From: Massalongia carnosa
Taxonomy: Eukaryota
DNA length: 64,000 nt
Direction: 5' to 3'
Assembly: GCA_965645245.1 (NCBI GenBank)
Contig: OZ287068.1
Span: 3,472,001 to 3,536,000 of the forward strand
Position 1 is the first letter of the stretch. Each line of letters opens with the position of its first letter. Position numbers and translations under genes: made by a program. Under the pieces are notes generated by a model. That model was not told where the DNA came from. It did not search any database and saw only the letters and a list, made by a program, of their open reading frames with translations. Shown in pieces: positions 1-12,322 of the stretch.

Positions 1-745
1 CCCTCCCTGGACAACGATCGACGAGGTACAGAAGAGACAACGCACAGCGCAAGTAACGACGCAGAACCAACGAGACGGGATAATAAAGAAGTACTTTGAG
101 AATCAGTGGATCAACAAGTGGAAAGCATATCAAGCAAAACACATGTTATATCCCACGATCGCACAACAGGCGCCTATACACAGGAAAAGGCTTAACGCAC
201 ACAAGTTACTAGACAAAGCGCAAAGCTCACTAGCAACACAGATAAGAACGGAGAAAATCGGACTGGCCAACTTTCTATATCGGCGCAAGGTCCCAGGTGT
301 GAACTCGGCGGCATGTCCCTGCGGAAGCCTCTTACAAACAGCCAAACATGTAATCATGTTCTGCAGACTGCACGAACACAGAACGCACATGCTACGAACG
401 GCAGGCTCGTAAGACTACCGCAAGCTAATCACCGAACCCAAAGCTCTCAAAGTAGTAACCGCGTGGCTCATGCGCACAGGTATTTTAACACAGTATTCCA
501 TTGCCACGCAACTGCTTGAGCAACAGCCGGACAGTCTCTCTTCAGTTTGAAAAACAGGTATCGCAGATTAGATTTTCGAGATACAGGAATCAATTCGCGG
601 GAGTGGCGAACCCCCGATGAAGCGGATACGCAGGAGTAGATTTCCACCTTTGGGTTTTCTACTTATTACATAGCTTACATAGCATCTCCCGCATGGGCCG
701 GCCTTCGGCCGGTGACACAACGGCGTAAGAATAATCAAATCAAAT
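1..745 (+). mobile_element. 3' end of a Tad1-like LINE: ORF2 C-terminus (2..550, internal TAA at 410-412), 3' UTR and AATC/AAATC tail; inserted in an older Gypsy
   Basis: QIRTEKIGLANFL..CPCG...QTAKHVIMFC C-terminal knuckle motif typical of fungal LINE ORF2. Ends AATAATCAAATCAAAT, directly abutting Gypsy pol sequence. Confidence 0.85.
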
Positions 746-2634
746 TTCCCCGCGGTTTCCCTTCCAATGCCAGGGTATCTACCTGCGAGTGACTTTGGAC
801 ACCTTTGTTGACTTCCAGCGTTCCATACAAACTCTCCCTCTTGTGTTCCTCCCACTGTGCCGACGAGGCGGCAAGGGGCCGTCTCTGCTGCGCGAGTTGA
901 TCAGACTCTTGCAGTGCCAGAAGGACGGTGCGTAACTCGAGCGGTGGAGCAGTAAAGGCTGAGACCTTCTCTGAAACTTCCTTTGATTGTTCTAGAGAAA
1001 TTCGAGACTCCTTCTCGGATGTCTCCACGAGTTGGAACTCTGTAGGCTTCGAATCGGCCTTTCCCTCGTCCAGTTTAGGTGAAGACTTTCTCTTCTCCTT
1101 AACCCTTCTTACTGCTCCAAGAACCTCGAGAGTTTCATTCTCAGTCCCTTCAGTAGCCAGCAAGGAACGCGCGCTTGGACCATTTTCGGTCTCATCAACG
1201 GAAGAGTCCCCTGATTCATAATCAGTTCCGTTAACATATTCAGGTTCTATGAATCCATGCACAATTGTGCTATCAACAGTGGGCTCCCATTCCATAAAAT
1301 TTCCCCTAGGAGCAGTTACAGGGATACCGGTTATCGACGCAACCACTCACTTCTTCGTCTCGAACTTTTCTTCGAGATTCTCTGTCCCTTGAATGCCCAG
1401 CGACCTCCCTGCCTCTCTGGAAACTACTGCACCGGCTTGATGAGACAAGTTGGGTTCATTTTCAGCATAGTCTAGACGCCTAGAAGGCCCGTCTAGAAGG
1501 CCCGTCCGCAGGATTATAGCGCCCTGGTCGGTATTCAATTACCAAGTTGACTCTCCCACCATCGCCTCTTCGCGATAAATTCTTGGTGGTGAGAAACGTA
1601 CGAAGGTTGCAGTGATTGGTGATCACACGAATGGGATGCATTGCCCCTTCAAGATAGTGTCGCCATTTGCATGCTTCGACGATCGCTAACTTCTCAGTTT
1701 CGCCCACTCCATAATTGAGTTCAGCTGGGGCCATTTTCCTTGACCAAAAGGCGATAGATGCCAGCGTCCAGTTTCTTCGACTAACTGTGATATAATTGCA
1801 GAAATCGCGACTCCTGATGCGTCCGTTTCTAATTGGATTTTCCTCTTCGGGTCGAAGTGCAATAGCATGGGAGCAGTCGTGAAAACTAGTTTTAATTTTT
1901 AGAAGGATTCCTTGGCTTCCTTTGTGAACGAAAACTGGCCGTCGAATTTACTCCTTTTTCCTCCTTTGAGAAGTGTAGTAAGGGCAGTTACTATCCGCGA
2001 AAATCCGTCTATAAATCGTCTATAGAAGTTCGGAAAACCCAAGAAGACTTGTACGTCTCTATGATTTTTGGGTTCTGGCCAGTTTGTTATCGTCGTTATG
2101 CGAGAGGGGTCCACTCTTATGCCCGTTGGAGTCAAAATAAATCCTAAGTATTCAATCTCGGACTTATCGGAAAGGCATTTGGAGAGTTTCGCATGCAGAT
2201 TATATTTCAGAAGCTTCTCGAGTATCATTCGAAGGTGATTTGCATGCTCTTCGATTTTTTTAGAAAACACCAAAATATCGTCCAAATATACTACTACGAA
2301 TACGTCCAGGTATTCCCTTAGAGCTTCGTGAATATACGCCTGAAACGTGGCAGGTGCATTCGCTAACCCAAAAGGCATTACTAGATATTCGTAGTGACCG
2401 TACCTGCATCTGAACGCGGTCTTCTATTCGTCACTGGCTCTAATGCGTATAGAGTTGAAGGCGTCCCGAATGTCGAATTTGGTAAAGATCAGCGCTCCTA
2501 TCAACACTTCAATTAATCCTTGAATTAATGGGAGTGGATAACGGTTTTTGATCGTTACTGCATTAAGACCTCGATAATCGACGCATAGTCGCAGGCCACC
2601 ATCTTTTTTCTTCGCGAATAATATTGGTGCTCCA
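746..2634 (-). mobile_element. Degraded Ty3/Gypsy pol fragment (RT, RNase H, linker) with frameshifts and stops
   Basis: MPFGLANAPATFQ, YLDDIL, ETDAS, ELNYGVGETEKLAIVEA and YRPGRYNPAD motifs spread over broken frames. Confidence 0.9.
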
Positions 2635-3006
2635 TGTCACGGTGCGAGGTCAGGTAGAAATTCAGATGGTGCAAACGTATTACTTGATTGTCTAGCTAGG
2701 TGGACAAGACGTTCGACAAGGAGAAAAGAAACAGAAAATCCAACGTGGGCGAGTATAAGACTCTGGCGAACGGAACCAGTCCCAATCCAGCCGTTGATCC
2801 AATTTCCCAAGTCCCTGGCATGAAACTATCGCTATGACACTATTGACAGTCCGAACACTTACCTTCAGCCGGAACACTTACCTTTGCCCTGACTAAACCG
2901 GATTAAGCTTAGTTCCTTTCGGATCGGCTAGCCGGCTAGTGCTTCGTTCAAGCAGCTAAGGTTGGTTCAATGAACTAACTGGCAGGTGCCCAGTCACTCC
3001 ATGACA
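2635..3006 (-). repeat. 3' LTR (372 bp) of the second Gypsy
   Basis: TGTCA..TGACA termini. Minus-strand polypurine tract AAAAGGGGAGCTGG (3007-3020) lies between the pol stop and the LTR. It interrupts the RT of the older Gypsy at 2634. Confidence 0.85.
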
Positions 3007-3018
3007 CCAGCTCCCCTT

Positions 3019-6000
3019 TTAGGTCTGAGCTCCGCGAGGACCACCAGGCTTGGTAGGCCTCAATCGATGAAAGTCTTCCAATAGGTCTGAGCAGTGGGTG
3101 ACGTCCTTAGCTTCAGTCCAGTCGGGGGCGTCCCAACCAGTCCATTTAATCAGGTATTGTAATCGTCTTCGAAAGAAACGGGAGTCCAAAATTTCTTCGA
3201 CTTCCCACTCTGTTTCACCTTCAACTTCGACAGGGGGAGAAGGAGCGGGTATGTGGCCGACGTGGGGGTGTTGAGAGACAGGTTCTAGAAGAGAGACATG
3301 GAACACAGGATGAACTTTCATAGAGGCGGGAAGGTCTAACTCGTATGCGTACTTGCTAACAACCTTCTTTATAATGAACCTTCCAAGCTTTTTCCAATCC
3401 AACTTTCGTGATGGCCGTTTGGTCTTTATATGCCTAGCGTCCAACCATACCTCGTCACCGACATGAAACATGGGAGCCGGGGTCCTGTTTGCATTAGCAG
3501 ATGCTTCATAACGCGCTTGAGCTAGGCGCATTTCGTCGCCGAGGTGTTCACTGATACTTTGCATTTTGGAGGCGAATTCGTCGGCGCTAATGACCTGCGC
3601 ATTGGGGGAGTCGCGATGAACAGGTTCAAAACCAAGACGGGGGTGGAAACCATAGTTAGCAAGGAACGGGCTGACGGACGTTGTTTCGGAGTCGGAGTTA
3701 TTGCTAGCGAACTCAGCCATGGGCAACCAGTCGGTCCAGTCATCTTGTTGATAGGATACATAGCTTCTGAGGTATTGTTCCATGACCGCGTTATATCGTT
3801 CCGTTTGACCGTCGGTCTGCGGGTGAAACGATGTGGATAGCCGACTGTTGATCTTTAGTCGTTCACATAGTGCTTTCCAGAAGTCAGCGATGAACTGGCC
3901 TCCTCGGTCCGATACAATGGAGTCAGGTAGGCCATGAAGTTTCCAGACATGTTCCACGTATAGCCTAGCCAAGGCCTTAGCGTCGGTGGTTTCTCTGCAT
4001 GGAATAAAATGCTTCATCTGGGTTAGTCGACAAACAACGCTTAGTACGGCGTTTTTATCACTACTTTCGGGTAGGCCAGTGACGAAATCCATGGATATGT
4101 CCTTCCATCGTTGTTGAGGAACAGGCAAAGGTTTCAACACTCCGTACTTAGCATGATGAGTAGCTTTACTGCGAGAGCATGTGTGACAGTGCTGAACATA
4201 GCGGGCAATGAACTGATGATATCGGGGCCAGTAGTAGTCTCGCGCCATTAGACTAAATGTTTTAGATCTGCCTGGATGACCGGCGACTGGACTGTCGTGA
4301 TATTCCTTGCATAGTCTCATTTTTAATTCATGCCAATCAGGGACATATAGCCTTTCCTTGTAGTATAGTCTTCCATTCCTGTCTTCACATTCGGCTAGGG
4401 TGATGTCCTTGCTGTGTCGAGTACCGTTTCGGAGAAGTGTCAGGATTTTGTTAGGCATAGGGTCATGTTCATATCCTAGATCAATGAGTTCGTCTATAGA
4501 TTTGTCTTCCGAGTCGGAGGCGGGAGCAAGGTTCGATGGGTCAATGACGATGTCAGGTTCAGAGTCGGACACGTCAGTCACACGAGGCACGTTGTTAGCA
4601 TGAAGTTCAAAATTATGCGGTTTTAATACCACCTGATTCTGATGTTCCAGTCTCACGTCCCCTTCCTTAGGAAGATCTCCTGATCTTCTAGTCAAAGCAT
4701 CAGGTTTTCCACCTAATTTGCCGGGTCTATACGTGATTTTGAAGTCGAAACGTGAGAGATATTCTGCCCAGCGGGCCTGTCGTCTGCTTAGCTGCTTGGT
4801 GGTGGTGAAATACTCCAGGTTTTTATGATCGGTGATTACTTTAACCGGGTATGCGGCTCCTTGGAGTTCTGGTCTCCATTCCTCGAAGGCACGTATTATG
4901 GCTAGTAGTTCTTTATCATAAATCTCGTAATTGCACTCCGCCGGTGACAAACGTCGCGAGAAAAAGGCTACGGGGCGAAGGACTCCATTGTCATCATACT
5001 GTGAGAGAACTCCGGCATTGACATAATCAGAAGAGTCAGTTTCAACCACGCTTTCCTTATCGGGGTCAAAATGCAGCAGAACAACGTCACTGGTGAACAT
5101 AGCCTTCAGATCCTCGAAGGCCCTGGTGCAGTCAGCGGTCCATACGAATGATGTCTTCTTTTTTGACATAGCAGTCAATGGTCCGACTATACGAGAGAAA
5201 CCCTTGACAAATCGACGATAGAAATTCGCGAATCCTATGAAAGCCTGCACGTCTTTTAGATTCTCGGGGGTGTTCCAATTCTGAATTGTCTCAATTTTCT
5301 TAGGGTCCATTCTTATACCATCTTTGGATATTATCAACCCTAAATAAATGGTCTCCGTGACATGGAATTCACACTTTGAGATGTCGAGTTGTAGTCCGGC
5401 CTTCCGTAAGGCCGTTAGTACTTTTCTCACATGACCCTTGTGTTCGCTCATGGAATTGCTGTAAATCAATATGTCATCGATGTACGCGGTGCAGAAGATG
5501 TCTAGATATTCACGAAGCACATCATTAATGTACTCCTGAAACGAGGATGGCGCTCCACAGAGCCCAAATGGCATGACGAGATATTCGAATAATCCATAAC
5601 GTGTTCGAAAGGCAGTTTTCCATTCCTCTCCATGAGTTACACGGAGACGGTTGAAAGCCGCGACAATATCCAACTTAGTAAAGACAACTGCCTTACTCAA
5701 GCGGTCCAAGGTTTCTCTGATCAAAGGTAGGGGGTATCTGTTCTTGATCGTTATCGCATTTAATGCTCTGTAATCAACACAAAAACGCAGGCCTCCGCCT
5801 GGTTTCCTAACGAACAACACCGGGGACGCAGCGGGGGAAGAACTGGATCGAATAAAACCTTTCTTCAGGTTTCCGTGAGATACTTCTGTAGAACTAACAG
5901 TTCGTCTCGACTCATGCCGTATAACGGGCCATACGTGGGTTCCTTTCCTTCCATCAATGGAATTTTATGATCATAGTTACGTCGCTCAGGAAGTTTATCA

Positions 6001-6935
6001 GCTTCTTTCTTGGAAAATACATCAAGAAATTCATGATATTCCTGTGGCAACACTGTAGCAGGGTCAATTTCCGGTTTAGGGTTCAAGGCACGCTCGATAT
6101 CTCTCATGTTCACTGTAAAGAGTTCACACTCTTTTTTCTTTGCTAGACGGGTAAAGGGGGCGGCCCCTATCATACATATGCTCAATGGTGGACTCTGATT
6201 GGTCGGCGGCGGAACGAGCGGGGACGTAACGGGTAAGGTCGAAGACAAGATAGGCGAAGGGGCGGCGGACGCGACCGCATTGGAGTTGACGCGCAGATTT
6301 AACCGGCCGGGCCTGTTAAATCTAACCGCCTCGGGACTAGTGTTATGAGCGATGATTGGCGCAGTCGTGTCGGGACTAGCGCTACTTTCAACGACGAGGG
6401 GCTTTTCCGCGCGAAGTTCTGGAACGTTTGTTATACCTATCACCGTATTTGACTCGGAGTTGTCAAGACAGTGCTGACGGCAGTAAGGTGAGTTGAAAGT
6501 GAGAGAGTTCATGGCCCATCGTATGCTGACGTCGTGGACTTGTAGCCATTTAATGCCGAGAACGATAGGATAATGACCGAGACTGGTAACGAGAAGGTTG
6601 GCGGGTTTGGAGTGGGAGGCGATGTCAAGGTTCAGACGAGCAAGGTGGGTAAGTTTTCCAGACGATACGGGACGACCGTCTGCGAGTTCAAGAATACGAG
6701 GTTTCTTCATGGGGGCGAGGGGTATGCGATGGTAGTGCGCGAACGAAGAATCAACAAAGGCAAATCCAGATGCTCCACAATCAATCAATGCATAAGTCTT
6801 GATTCTGATTGTTCCTATGGAGACAACAAGAGACACAACCAAATGCCTACCATCTAGGTTTTCTTCAGACAGAGGCTCTTTGGACAAGGAAAATGCCGAA
6901 ATTGAAATAGCTCCTTTCGATAATTGTCTTCGGCC
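3019..6935 (-). CDS. Gypsy pol polyprotein (protease, RT, RNase H, integrase, chromodomain) with one 1-bp frameshift near 5870
   Basis: LIDCGASG protease, YIDDIL, ETDSSD, HHCC, SDRGGQF..QTDGQTE, WEVEEILDSR...YLIKWTGW. Adding one A to GGAAACCTG restores TENLKKGFI. Confidence 0.9.
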
Positions 6936-7135
6936 NNNNNNNNNNNNNNNNNNNNNNNNNNNNNNNNNNNNNNNNNNNNNNNNNNNNNNNNNNNNNNNNN
7001 NNNNNNNNNNNNNNNNNNNNNNNNNNNNNNNNNNNNNNNNNNNNNNNNNNNNNNNNNNNNNNNNNNNNNNNNNNNNNNNNNNNNNNNNNNNNNNNNNNNN
7101 NNNNNNNNNNNNNNNNNNNNNNNNNNNNNNNNNNN
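6936..7135. other. Assembly gap (200 N)
   Basis: Run of N. Confidence 1.
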
Positions 7136-8351
7136 GTTAAGAATGACACTAAGAATTTAGCGTAACGCCACCACCTTACGACGCCACCACACCACCTGTT
7201 TTGACCCCATCATTAACCTCATTTTCAACGAAAGACCTCATCAACCTACATCACTGTTATCAATGATGTGTTTACGATAGCGACTGCGACGATCTTCGGA
7301 ATTATATGGCCTAATCACACCGTTGTCTCGACCCTCTCTATACTCGTTTCCTCCGTCCAAAGCAATGATTTCGTGTATATGTCTTGGAATTCTTTCTATC
7401 CAATGCTGAATTTGTTCCTGTTTCAGACTTTTTGTCCAGCACTGTGGCCATGCTTTGATGGCCGTAATGCAATTTCGAGGTGCTCCTTTACGTGTGGTTT
7501 GTTTTTTCATCCAGTACCAACATTGCTCGATCATGTTCAAATCAGGAGAATTACCCGGCCACAAAAAACGCAGGACTCCTGCATCCATAAAGACAATGTT
7601 CTGATGTTTAGAAGCATGACAGAGAGCCTTGTCCTCCTGAACAATAGTACCGGGACGAGCTTTCATACATTCTTTGGCAAAGGGTAGAAGTTTGGGTAAA
7701 AGAATGACCTTCTGATAACGGTACCAGTCGATGCCCCCTTTGCCTTTTCGGACCACTTTTCCATGCGTTTCATTCCACCTCCAGGCTGGTTTTCGACCTC
7801 CTTTCATACGCAGTCACATTCGTTGCATGCCCGTTTCCAACTCCCAATTCTCTTTCGCTACGGGCTCCAATATCTCATTGATTTTGTCAATATCTCTCTG
7901 AGCGGCGTGTTTTTCTGCTGCTGTCTCCGGCTTCCATATATGAAAAGGTCCTTTCTTTTCATACGAAAAACAACCCCAAAACATGAACTCGGAACATCCT
8001 TTCCATCTACGTCGGACGCACGATTGAGCATATTTTTCGCTTGGAGTTCGCCATTGAAGTCTTCGTCCACGTCGAGAGTTCAACACGATACTGGTTTCAT
8101 CGCTCCATATAACATTCTCCCAATCATCGAGAGTCCAGTGTTGATGACGCGAACAAAATTGCGATCGAGCATCTTTCATCGCTGAATCAAGACCTGGTTT
8201 CATGGTAGATTTGCAGGGACGAAAGTTATTGCGTCGAAGAACATTAAGATGAGATGGTTCTATGTCACGTGAGGCCCCTGAGTCAAAGTAAATTAAGAAT
8301 CACCCTCTGAAAATTCTTTCCTCATTCACTTCTTCTCACTCGGCCTCATCC

Positions 8352-8474
8352 ATCTCACTGACTCGTCGTCGACCCCACGTTGTCTCGGTGCCCCTACCTC
8401 GCTGTCAGTGCTTGCTGCTTTTCCAATCTCACTGACTCGTCGTCGACCTCACGTTGTCTCGGTGCCCCTACCTC
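8352..8474 (+). repeat. Two ~48-bp direct repeats in the 5' leader of the YR element
   Basis: TCTCACTGACTCGTCGTCGACC(C/T)CACGTTGTCTCGGTGCCCCTACCTC at about 8352 and 8427. Confidence 0.9.
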
Positions 8475-8477
8475 CCA

Positions 8478-9491
8478 ATGACGAACATCCGTTCCCAAAG
8501 CACCTTGATGGACGACATAGTCCCCGACCCCCAGGAGATTGTCGGATTGACGCAGGCCCAATCCAATCAAATCTTCGCCCTACAAAAGAAGAAAGCCGAG
8601 GCGGAAGCGAAGGCGGCCGAGGCTGAGGCTAGAATTGCCGAGTCCAAGGCATTGGTCGCCGAGAAGGAGGTGGAAAAAATGCAGCTAGAAATCGACTGCA
8701 TGCGCCGAGAATCTGACGCCCGAATAGCGGCCGTCATTCCTGCTGGCAAGCCGAGTCGTGTCGTCGGCGATGACGACGAGGACCTAGGTGAGATCCCTCT
8801 CGAAGTAAGAAGCATAGCACCCCGTTTCGCGGGCCTACCACAGGACGAGATCATCAAGATCTTTTCAAATAAATTCAAAGCCATCAACCTCTCCCGCCTC
8901 CGACACATGCACGGCATGCAATACGAGTCATACAAGGATCAAGACCGCATCGGCATCGAAGACGGCGCCTTGAGGTTGAGAAAGGCATCCGGGACCTACA
9001 AAGATTTCGGAAAGACGGTTCATGACGTCTGGACCGAGAGCTTCATCAACTACACCTCGATCATGGTCAGTCTTTTCGGGAAATCGAGTCAACAGCTTCA
9101 CGCCACCATGTCGGCATTCCACGGAAAAATCCTCACGCTGGCCAAGGTGTACGAGTGGCAGGAAGCAGTCCTCCCCCTCGCCATCGAAACCCACACCCAC
9201 ATCATCGCGTCTCAGCCATCCGACGCATCCTAATGGAAAATGCTCGACGAATTCCAAGCTCGATTCTGCACCCCTCTCACAGTCCTACGCCGTCGCCGCT
9301 CACGATCCCCGCCGTCCCGACGACCGACCCCGAGAGGAGACAGGGCCGAGAGGGCCGAGAAGGCAGCGGGGGAAATCTGCGACAAGTACAACAGCGGCAC
9401 CTGCACCTGGCCGTCGTGCTACCGACAGCACAAATGCAAATCGTGCGGCGCGGCTGGGCATGGCCAGAAGACATGCCCAACGAAGAAATAG
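8478..9491 (+). pseudogene. gag-like ORF1 of the YR element (coiled coil, C-terminal Cys/His fingers); in-frame TAA at 9231-9233
   Basis: ORFs 8454..9233 and 9240..9491 share a frame. C-terminus CDKYNSGTCTWPSCYRQHKCKSCGAAGHGQKTC. Confidence 0.75.
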
Positions 9492-9536
9492 GGGGTTGGT
9501 GCAGGAGGCAGTAGAATAGCTTCAATAGCTGAATTC

Positions 9537-11240
9537 ATGACGTCCCATCCCTGCTTACCTGCACCAATCAGACCAAATACAATCCCTTCGTTTCAACTCG
9601 TAGACGCATCTCGTCAGCGTTTGAAAGACAGCCCATCTCCCCTCGTACCGTCCGCATGGGCAACCCTACTTCAAGAGTATCCGGGCCCCCTCCGAGTCCA
9701 TCTGCCCATGATCCTTCGTTTCGGAGTACAAATCTGATACGAAGGCCCCACAGACATTCTTCGGATCGAAAAAAATCTGACATCAGCGAATGAGGACCCG
9801 GAAACGATCGAGAATAAGCTTCAAGAGGACCTCAGGAAGGGCCGAGTCAGACGAATAGCCGCCCCGAGTCAGCCATTTGTGGCCTCCCCCCTCGGCTTGG
9901 TCCCGAAACATGACGGAGGATGGCGACGCATTCATCATCTGTCTCATCCCAATCAAACATCAGTCAACGACAACATTCCAGAAGAGGCATCCAAATTACA
10001 ATACGCCAGACTCGACGACATTATTCAATTGATTCTGTCAGAGGGCAAAGGTGCTGTCATAGTGAAAAGAGACGTCAAAGACGCCTTTCGAAACGTTCCC
10101 GTCGCACCTCATCATCAATGGCTTCTGGGTTTCGGATGGAATGACGAATTCTACACCGAGACATGCCTTTCGTTCGGACTGTCGACGGCCCCGTTCATCT
10201 TCAATCTTTTTGCGGAAGGCTTTCATTGGATTTTGGAATCCTTTCTACAATGGAGATTACATCACTATCTAGACGACTTCGTTGCAATTTGCCCATCCGA
10301 GACATCGTCAGAACGATTGCACCAAGAAACAAAAGCCTACAACATTCTCACCGACATTCTCGGCATCCCGAGAAACGACTCAAAAGACGCCGAGGGAACG
10401 ACAGCGACAGTCTTCGGACTCGAGGTCGACACCATCAACAGTCTTATTCGTCTGCCAGCGGACAAGCTGGAAAAAGCGAGAATCATCACTACAAAGGCAC
10501 TAAACGAGACGACAATCAGCCTCGGCGACATGCAGTCAATAGCGGGCTTCCTAAGCTTCTGCGCACAGGCAGTCAAATTGGGCCGAGTCTTCTTACGATT
10601 ATTCTAGAATTTTTTAGCCTCATTTCCCTCGGGCAGTCATCGTCGGGTCAAAAGAAGAACTCCCACATGGGTCAGACAGGATCTCATCTGGTGGAACAAA
10701 CTTTTAGTGGACTTCAACGGTATTGTCTTCTTCGAGACGTCAACACGAGACACGATCAAGGTGCATACGGATGCATGCCTCACGGGTCTCGGAGGCTATT
10801 TTCAACAAGACAACGAGCTCGTGAATCAAAAAAACGCATGTAGGGCCCGAGTCCTAGTCCTCAATCAGGAAGAATCACCGAGCATAAACGTCCGAGAAGT
10901 CGAGGCTATCCTTCTAATCCTTCAGAAATGGGCGCCGACATGGCGACATCGACAGATCCTTGTCTTTACCGACAGCGACACAGCATACACAGGATTCACG
11001 AATCTAAGCCTCAAGGGACCGGCCAACGCGCCTCTACGAGAAATACTGTCCATAGCTGCAAAGTGGGACAGCGTACTACGTTGTCAATGGATCAGTGGCA
11101 CTTCCAATGGACTAGCAGATGCCCTGTCACGTTTTGATGATGAAAGATTGGCTAACTTTTGCCCTCATTGGCAGAACCCATACAATTCGATGAACCTCCC
11201 TCCACCTACCTATCCTCCACACCAGGGTCAGCCCTGGTAA
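9537..11240 (+). pseudogene. DIRS/Ngaro-type RT-RNase H; in-frame stops at 9735-9737 and 10605-10607
   Basis: One frame: SPLGLVPKHDGGWRRIHHLS, KRDVKDAFR, LSFGLSTAP, HYLDDF, HTDACLTGLGG, TDS, NGLADALSR. Confidence 0.9.
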
Positions 11241-12322
11241 AACGCCTCGTCTGGCACGGACACTCGGCGGACACGAGAAAAGGGTACGGGACGGCGATCG
11301 ACTCATACGAGGCATTCTGCGCGACGACGGGACGCACGTCGTGGCCTGCAACAACCGAGTCCCTCGAGGAATGGCTAGCCGGTCGACTATACGGGGGCGG
11401 CACACCCAAGCAGGGAAAGATAAAACCAGAGACGGCAGCGAGCTACCTCGCCGGCCTCAGATCATACCATGTAGACCGAGGATACGGCCTCACCCCATTC
11501 GAGGGGCCGAGACTTCAATTGATGCTGAAAGGGGGAAAAAGGATCTTTTCTCAGACAAAAAGAAGACGCCTACCCATTTCAAAAGAATTACTGACAAAAA
11601 TCACCAGTATTCCCGCTCATTCGGCCGAAGACCTCAACATCGACGCGACATTCAAAGTTGCATGGGCAGGGTTCCTCAGACTCGGGGAAATCACCTACAC
11701 TGTCGCCGATCGTAAGAAGACATCTTTTCAGAGATTGAAACCTACACGAGGTGACATCTCATTCGCCGAGAACGATCAATACGCGACATTACGTCTCAAA
11801 AGAAGCAAAACAGACACAGATCACTCAGGAGTTCAGATAGTGCTGGCAGCGACCAATGAGAGCACTTGCCCCGTGACAGCACTACGGCGTCTTTTCAGAA
11901 ATGATCCTCAGCCATCTACATCCCCGCTTTTTCGTCTTGGCACCGCATTCACCAGAGCCTCCGTCATAGCATCCCTGAAAAAGAGACTGATAGCCGGCGG
12001 CATCAACGACTCGGCATACTCGGGACACAGCTTCAGAAAAGGAGTAGCACAACACGCCGCCGACCACGGGATGCTGGATGAGAGTATTCAGAGACTCGGA
12101 AGATGGTCATCAAACGCGTTTCAGCTATACTTTCAGACGTCCCAGGCCTCACTATTCAATTTGAACCTCAGTTTTCAAAAAGGCATCCCTCTGGCAGTCC
12201 CACGTGCTGTCGTCGCCGAGACGAATCCTACAAACTCCTACCCCTACTCAATTGGGCATTCCATTGGGCGTACAGGTCAACCAGGGCATCGATCCGGAGC
12301 GCCGCCGGGCACCTCCATCTAG
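11159..12322 (+). CDS. Tyrosine recombinase of the YR retrotransposon; open frame overlapping the RNase H end
   Basis: Catalytic motifs FLRLGE (R), LKRSKTD (K), GHSFRKG (HxxR), LGRWSSNAFQLY (W, Y). Confidence 0.93.
   Translation: MPSLAEPIQFDEPPSTYLSSTPGSALVKRLVWHGHSADTRKGYGTAIDSYEAFCATTGRTSWPATTESLEEWLAGRLYGGGTPKQGKIKPETAASYLAGLRSYHVDRGYGLTPFEGPRLQLMLKGGKRIFSQTKRRRLPISKELLTKITSIPAHSAEDLNIDATFKVAWAGFLRLGEITYTVADRKKTSFQRLKPTRGDISFAENDQYATLRLKRSKTDTDHSGVQIVLAATNESTCPVTALRRLFRNDPQPSTSPLFRLGTAFTRASVIASLKKRLIAGGINDSAYSGHSFRKGVAQHAADHGMLDESIQRLGRWSSNAFQLYFQTSQASLFNLNLSFQKGIPLAVPRAVVAETNPTNSYPYSIGHSIGRTGQPGHRSGAPPGTSI

Larger units (their letters stand above)
2635..6935 (-). mobile_element. Ty3/Gypsy chromovirus; 5' part lost in the assembly gap
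   Basis: PR-RT-RH-INT-chromodomain order, PPT and 3' LTR. Confidence 0.93.

Noticed and set aside
10163..10843. 226-aa alternative-frame ORF overlapping the RT
   Set aside because: No recognisable motifs and it does not connect to the YR ORF; overlapping ORFs do occur in DIRS elements, so it is not fully excluded.
11159..12322. Tyrosine recombinase as a Starship captain or Crypton
   Set aside because: It is short, overlaps an RT-RNase H ORF and lies in a 4.3-kb retroelement.
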